Below are positions 56,340 through 64,000 of a stretch of 64,000 nucleotides of DNA, in pieces (within the stretch, counting starts at the first letter, position 1; the number at the start of each line of letters is the position of its first letter). The translations under genes and the position numbers were made by a program. The stretch is from the human T2T-CHM13v2.0 reference genome, Homo sapiens: assembly GCF_009914755.1 (NCBI RefSeq), contig NC_060929.1, one strand, 5' to 3'. A model generated the notes under the pieces. The model saw nothing but the letters and a program-made list of their open reading frames with translations. It was not told where the DNA came from and did not search any database.

Positions 56340-56372
56340 ATGCATTGCTATTTATTATATTCTGTGTACTAG
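55830..56372 (-). mobile_element. L1MA-type 3' end with an AluJ (+, 56024-56310)
   Basis: tatggggtacaacatgaggttttcatacatgtttacattgtggaatg...ttttagcaattttgaaatatac. Confidence 0.8.
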
Positions 56373-56402
56373 ATCACTAAGTTTGCTTGTCTTCCTTTTT
56401 AG

Positions 56403-56484
56403 GATGACTTGAAAGTAGGGCATCCTTCACCCATCTGAAGGGAGGAAATAGTGGCAGGTGACAGTCTGCATGTGCAGTTTTCAG
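56403..56484 (+). ncRNA. SNHG4: SNHG4 exon 3 (82 nt)
   Basis: Acceptor ttgtcttcctttttag|, donor CAG|GTAAAT. Confidence 0.85.
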
Positions 56485-56855
56485 GTAAATATCCCTATTC
56501 ATTCCAACATTGACTACCTCCTCTGTGCCAGGCCTGTGGGCTAGTTGGTATCTATCAGGAAACAAATGGGAGGTAAATTAACCTGTATTTGTAAGATCCA
56601 TGAAGGAAAGGACAATATATCTTGTTTTATTCACTGCTAGATCCCAATCGCAGTGCTTGGCACATGGCAGGACCTCCCTGAATGTTGCATAAAACAACTG
56701 AAAACACAGAAGGGGATTCCTGTTAAAGGGTTTGACAACAGGGTCTGCAATTAGTGCTTCCACGCCTGTTTTGCAGTCAATATTCAACTGATACGTCTTC
56801 TACCTGGAGTGCCTAGGTATCTGAAACAAATAATGAGAAAGCTGTTTCAGGAATC

Positions 56856-57055
56856 ATCCAGCGGTTGTCAGCTATCCAGGCTCATGTGGTGCCTGTGATG
56901 GTGTTACACTGTTGGAAGAGCAAACACTGTCTTTATTGAGGTTTGGCTCCAAGCACTGTTTTGGTGTTGTAGCTGAGTACCTTTGGGCAGTGTTTTGCAC
57001 CTCTGAGAGTGGAATGACTCCTGTGGAGTTGATCCTAGTCTGGGTGCAAACAATT
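56856..57055 (+). ncRNA. SNORA74A: H/ACA snoRNA U19 (SNORA74A), three-hairpin form, guides two pseudouridines in 28S rRNA helix 69
   Basis: Sequence recognised (ATCCAGCGGTTGTCAGC...GGGTGCAAACAATT, 200 nt); H box AGAGCA 56917-56922, ACA 57050-57052; pockets GTCA/GTTAC and GAGAGT/TAGT are complementary to 28S GUAACUAUGACUCUC, each 14 nt from its box. Confidence 0.96.
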
Positions 57056-57126
57056 TTTTTCTGTTTGCAGAAAAAGACAGGTTGTCTTAGGGACAGCCTG
57101 TCATTCTTTACCTCTTTGAATCCTAG

Positions 57127-57205
57127 ATGCCTTCACCTGAATGACATCTACCTCCATCAGGACCCCAGATGTCTGACAGCCCTGTGTGACACCAAGATAA
57201 GTAAC
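57127..57205 (+). ncRNA. SNHG4: SNHG4 exon 4
   Basis: Acceptor ttctttacctctttgaatcctag| 71 nt downstream of U19; donor AAC|GTATGT at 57206 (alternative GTAACG at 57201). Confidence 0.75.
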
Positions 57206-57274
57206 GTATGTAGTCTTCTTGTCATGTAGGTCCCAATTAAATTACTATAGCTCAGATGGGGGTAGGGGACTTAA

Positions 57275-57877
<603 letters not shown>

Positions 57878-57939
57878 AAGTATCAGAATTTTAGAGAATT
57901 CTTAGGATCTAAAGTCCATCCCTCACTTTTCTGGAGCTC

Positions 57940-58094
57940 TGCTGTGCAGTAGGTATATGCTACATGTGGCTGTGTAAGTTGATAAAAATTAATCAATTTC
58001 TTAATCTCAGAATCTGGCTGCTGACTACCCTATTGGACAACTCCAATATTAGAGAACATTTCCACCAATTCAGAAAGTTTATTATGCACTGCTG
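57940..58094. mobile_element. MER3/MER33-like hAT-Charlie fragment
   Basis: ctaccctattggacaa...agaacatttccacc...cagaaagtttattatgcactgctg resembles the MER3 terminus. Confidence 0.6.
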
Positions 58095-58134
58095 TTCTAG
58101 AGCAGGGATCAGCAAACTTGCTGTAAAGAGCCAG
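58011..58134 (+). ncRNA. SNHG4: Probable alternative SNHG4/MATR3 5' exon derived from MER3 + MER58
   Basis: Acceptor tttcttaatctcag|, donor CAG|GTAATA; position agrees with recalled exon structure. Confidence 0.55.
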
Positions 58135-58405
58135 GTAATATAATATTATGCTTGTTCAGCCATGTGGTTTTTGCAACTATTTTTGCAGCTCTAGTGCAAA
58201 CACAGCCTTAGACAATATCAACACATGAGCAAGTCTATAGTTCTAATAGAACATTATTTATGGACACTGAATTAGAATTTCATAAAATTTTCAGTGTCAA
58301 AATTGTTTTCAATGATTTACAAATTTAAAGACCATTCTTATTTTGAGAGCCATACAAAAACAGCAGGCTGGAATTGGCCCATAGGCTATGGTTTGCCAAC
58401 CTCTG
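58103..58405 (+). mobile_element. MER58B-like hAT-Charlie element
   Basis: cagggatcagcaaact...ctgtaaagagccag...catacaaaaacagcaggctggaattggcccataggctatggtttgccaacctctg with terminal inverted repeats. Confidence 0.8.
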
Positions 58406-59098
58406 TCCTGGAGAATGAAATTCAGGCCTTGAAAGTTGAACAGCTCATTAGTGACAGGTTCAGAGCCAATAGCAATGTGTCTTTCTGAAAAGTTTAATGT
58501 TATCAATAGCTTTGCCTTAGAGCATCATACTCTTCATCTTTTAGGGCACTAAGGTGACTGCAAGAAATTAACCAGTAGTAAAAATAGTCTGTTTTTTGTG
58601 TGTTTGGGATTTGTTTATGTGTTTTTTTGCATGGGTTACTTACAGCAGTTCTCTCCACTTTTAATGTGCTCCAAAGGGAGAGGTCTTAAGAAAGAATAGC
58701 AGTCTGCACTTATCAAACTCAGCCACAATCTCAGTCTGAGTTGGTAAAACCGAAATGGCTCCTAAGGAAAGAGGAAAATTTTATGTCATGAATAGTCACA
58801 GTACTTTAAATCTGAGGCCTCAAGTTCTAAGCATACAGGTTGTCTTCCTGACTACAGTAGCGCTATCCATGTGCAGAGACGTTCCTATATTGCTACTTGA
58901 AAATAGATAATTCATTGGTATTCCTGTATTCAATATCCCAAAAGGCATCAATGGTGTAATCATGTGCATTTAAATAATTTGATGGGATTTCCTACTTGAT
59001 AAATAAAGTTACTCACCTACTTATCCCTGTCGATTTTTTTTTTTTTAAGCAAAGAAATATATTTCCTGGTGAGTCTAAGAAGATTAGTTTTTAAAATC

Positions 59099-59745
<647 letters not shown>

Positions 59746-60585
59746 TAATCTTTTCCCATGCTGCAATGAAAACTTGAATGAGACTGGCAGGGTTACTGGT
59801 CTGTAAATACCCAGGCTGCCAGCTGCCATAGGTAGCAGTAAACACAAGTGCCTCTTTTCATTGCTTAGGCCAAGTTTCAGGTCTTAGGCCTGTACCATAT
59901 TAAGAGGAAAAACTAAAAATAAGGAGGGTTTCCAAACACCCCCACCAACCTTGAATTTTTTAAAAAATGAGGGAACCACAATTAATAAACACTATTCCTG
60001 GCACCTGTCCATGATTTCACTTGCTGGGTTGAAACAAACTAGTGTCAGTGGGATTTTATGTTGAAATTTTGGATCATGCCTCACTCAAATTTAAACCAGA
60101 AAAGCAAAACCCAGAGGGATAAATTCTGCAAGTCCCAAAGGGACACAAAGAGGTGGCTAAGTGCCTAGGAATTCACACAAAGGAAAACACCGTGCTAAGA
60201 GCAACTAATTAAGAACTTAAAAAGAGTGACAATGACTCCTGTGAATGTTGTTGCTTAATTAGGGCTTTATGAACACAGCTCCAGTTAATGGACCTGTCAA
60301 TATACTCTTGAAAAACAATTTCACTGAATTAACAAATTAACTGTAATAACTTAAAATCTCTGCTTAGCAACATCTTTCTCCTTAATGCTATTTAGGAACA
60401 CTTGTAATGAGCCAACTTGATGAGTCATAAATTTGTCAGTTTAGTAGCCTAAGGCTTGTTCAGAGGAGACCCTGTTACTTGTTTGGTCTTCCTTGCCCTC
60501 CAGTAAAGGCCCTTTAGGATGTAAGAATGTTCTGTGCTGCTTCTTAAGGGTGATATACTCATTGGGAAAGTACAGTAAAAAGGAC

Positions 60586-60902
60586 TTTAAAATTTATTTT
60601 ATTTTACAATACTTTTAGATTTATAGAAAAGTTGGGAAGATGGTACAAAGAGTTCCCATATATACCATACCCAGTTTCCCCTAATAACATCTTACATTGG
60701 TATATTATGGTTGTCACAATTAAATGGGCTAATATTGATACATTAGTATTAACTAAAGTCCATACTTTGTTCAGATTTCATTAGTTTTTATGTAATGTCT
60801 TTTGTCTGTTCTAGGATCCCGTTGAAGATACCACATTACACTTAGGCTCCTGTTGGCCATGACAGCTTCTTAGACTTGTTTTTAATGACCTTGACAGTTT
60901 TG
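60586..60902 (-). mobile_element. L1MC/MD 3' end
   Basis: ttttagatttatagaaaagttgggaagatggtacaaagagttcccatatatacc. Confidence 0.8.
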
Positions 60903-60925
60903 TTTTTTTGTTTGTTTGTTTTTGA

Positions 60926-61204
<279 letters not shown>

Positions 61205-61606
61205 GTAAGCTTATAGTAGAGGATGGGGATTTTGTTATCAGCTGCTAAAAGGGAGAAGCCAAGCCCAGAACTAAGGGTTCTGATGAGTTGAAGGAGAGGG
61301 AAGATGCCCCTCAAGGCAAAGAGCCTCTGAGTTAGAATCTGTGCTTCACCAGAGTGACAATGGTAGAACTTCTCCTTCTCAGTATTAATTCTCCTGGAGA
61401 GAACTCTAGGGTTGTCTAAACCTGTTCAACTAGGCTGACTACCCCAGCAAGTGATGGGTTGGACATAAGGCAAAGAACAGGAGGGGTGAAAGGGGGCAGA
61501 ACAGACAAGTTCTGTCCCAGCCTCTGCTACCTCTAACCCCATGGCATTCTATCCTTTTCTACACTGGGCTTCCATTTCTTACCCCAACAATGATCTGTTC
61601 TTCCAG

Positions 61607-62976
<1,370 letters not shown>

Positions 62977-63609
62977 TGATTTTTTGTCATTAGGGTATAC
63001 TTTGGGACATGTGGCGCCATAGAATATCAACACTATTTACTACATGTTGACCATGTTAAATACATTTAACACATCTCTTTTTTCAACAGCCCTACAAGGT
63101 ACATGTTACTTGCCCAAAGTCACAGTCACACGAGAACTTGTGTGGTGCTGAATGAATCTGGCTCCAAAAGTACTGTTTGGTTTAGGAGCTTTCATGTATA
63201 GTGCCCTCAAGTCTTGTAAATTTCTGCTTCTTCAATCATCAACCTCGTTCAATCTAACATCTTGAAGGAACTACTCAAATGTCTTACTTACAGATTCTTA
63301 CAACTATTTCAAATGCCAAATACCTTGTTTCAGATGGTCAACATCTTGGCTACTCTTGCTGTAGTGTGCAGTGGGTTCTGTTTGTCCTAACAGAACAAAA
63401 CATAGTCTTTTAGATTTTTAAAAAATATTCCTCTGGAAAGCCTTAATGAATGCCACATTCTAATCCCTAGTCTTGCCCCATGATATGATTTATCACTTTT
63501 TATTAAAATTCCTCAATGCTTGCCCTGTTGTGTCTTGAAGAAACTGTGGGCCAGAATAAGAATTTCAAGACATTTTTAAAATTTTTATTTGAGACAGAAT
63601 CTCGCTCTA

Positions 63610-63747
<138 letters not shown>

Positions 63748-63754
63748 TCAAAAA

Positions 63755-64000
63755 AAAGAATTAAATGAGATCAGGAAAACAAGACATGAACAATATGAAG
63801 TTCAACAAACAGAAATCATTAAAAAGAACCAAATTCTGGAGCTAGAGAACACAATGACTAAATTGGAAAATTCCACAGACGTTTCAACAACAGACTCAAA
63901 AAAAGAATCAATGAACTTGAGACAGATCACTTGAAATTAGTCAGAGGAAAAAAAAATGAAAAAGTGAAGCCTATGGGACACCATCAGGTGAACCCATATA
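63755..64000 (+). mobile_element. L1M ORF1 fragment (runs off the window)
   Basis: Translation KKELNEIRK...EIIKKNQILELENTMTKLENST resembles the ORF1p coiled coil. Confidence 0.8.

Overview
Human genomic DNA: it carries human-lineage AluYb8, AluYa5 and AluYc elements plus an SVA, and it is extremely Alu-dense. I found no credible protein-coding exon; almost every ORF in the track is Alu-, SVA- or L1-derived or falls in the CpG island. The right-hand 12 kb is recognisable as the snoRNA host gene SNHG4 (U19H), whose promoter and non-coding exons are, from recall, shared with long 5' isoforms of MATR3 at 5q31.2. No MATR3 CDS lies in the window. The gene has a CpG-island promoter with a TCT/5'TOP start at ~52178 and short GT-AG exons. 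The H/ACA snoRNA U19/SNORA74A lies at 56856-57055, a divergent paralogue (SNORA74D-like) at ~54254-54398, and a poly(A) signal at 62958. The first ~51 kb is repeat-dominated: Alu, L1M, L2, MIR, several ERV1/MaLR solo LTRs, Tigger3 and one SVA. From recall it lies between the SIL1 promoter and SNHG4. The most interesting signals are: a U19 paralogue with a re-written guide pocket; splice acceptors bracketing U19; an exon built from two DNA transposons; a Tigger3a whose halves point in opposite directions (an Alu-Alu inversion scar); and a five-layer nested insertion L1>LTR>AluS>SVA>AluYa5. Subfamily names and locus identity come from recalled consensus sequences, not a database search; repeat boundaries are approximate unless target-site duplications (TSDs) are given. 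I did not find a convincing wholly new biological system.
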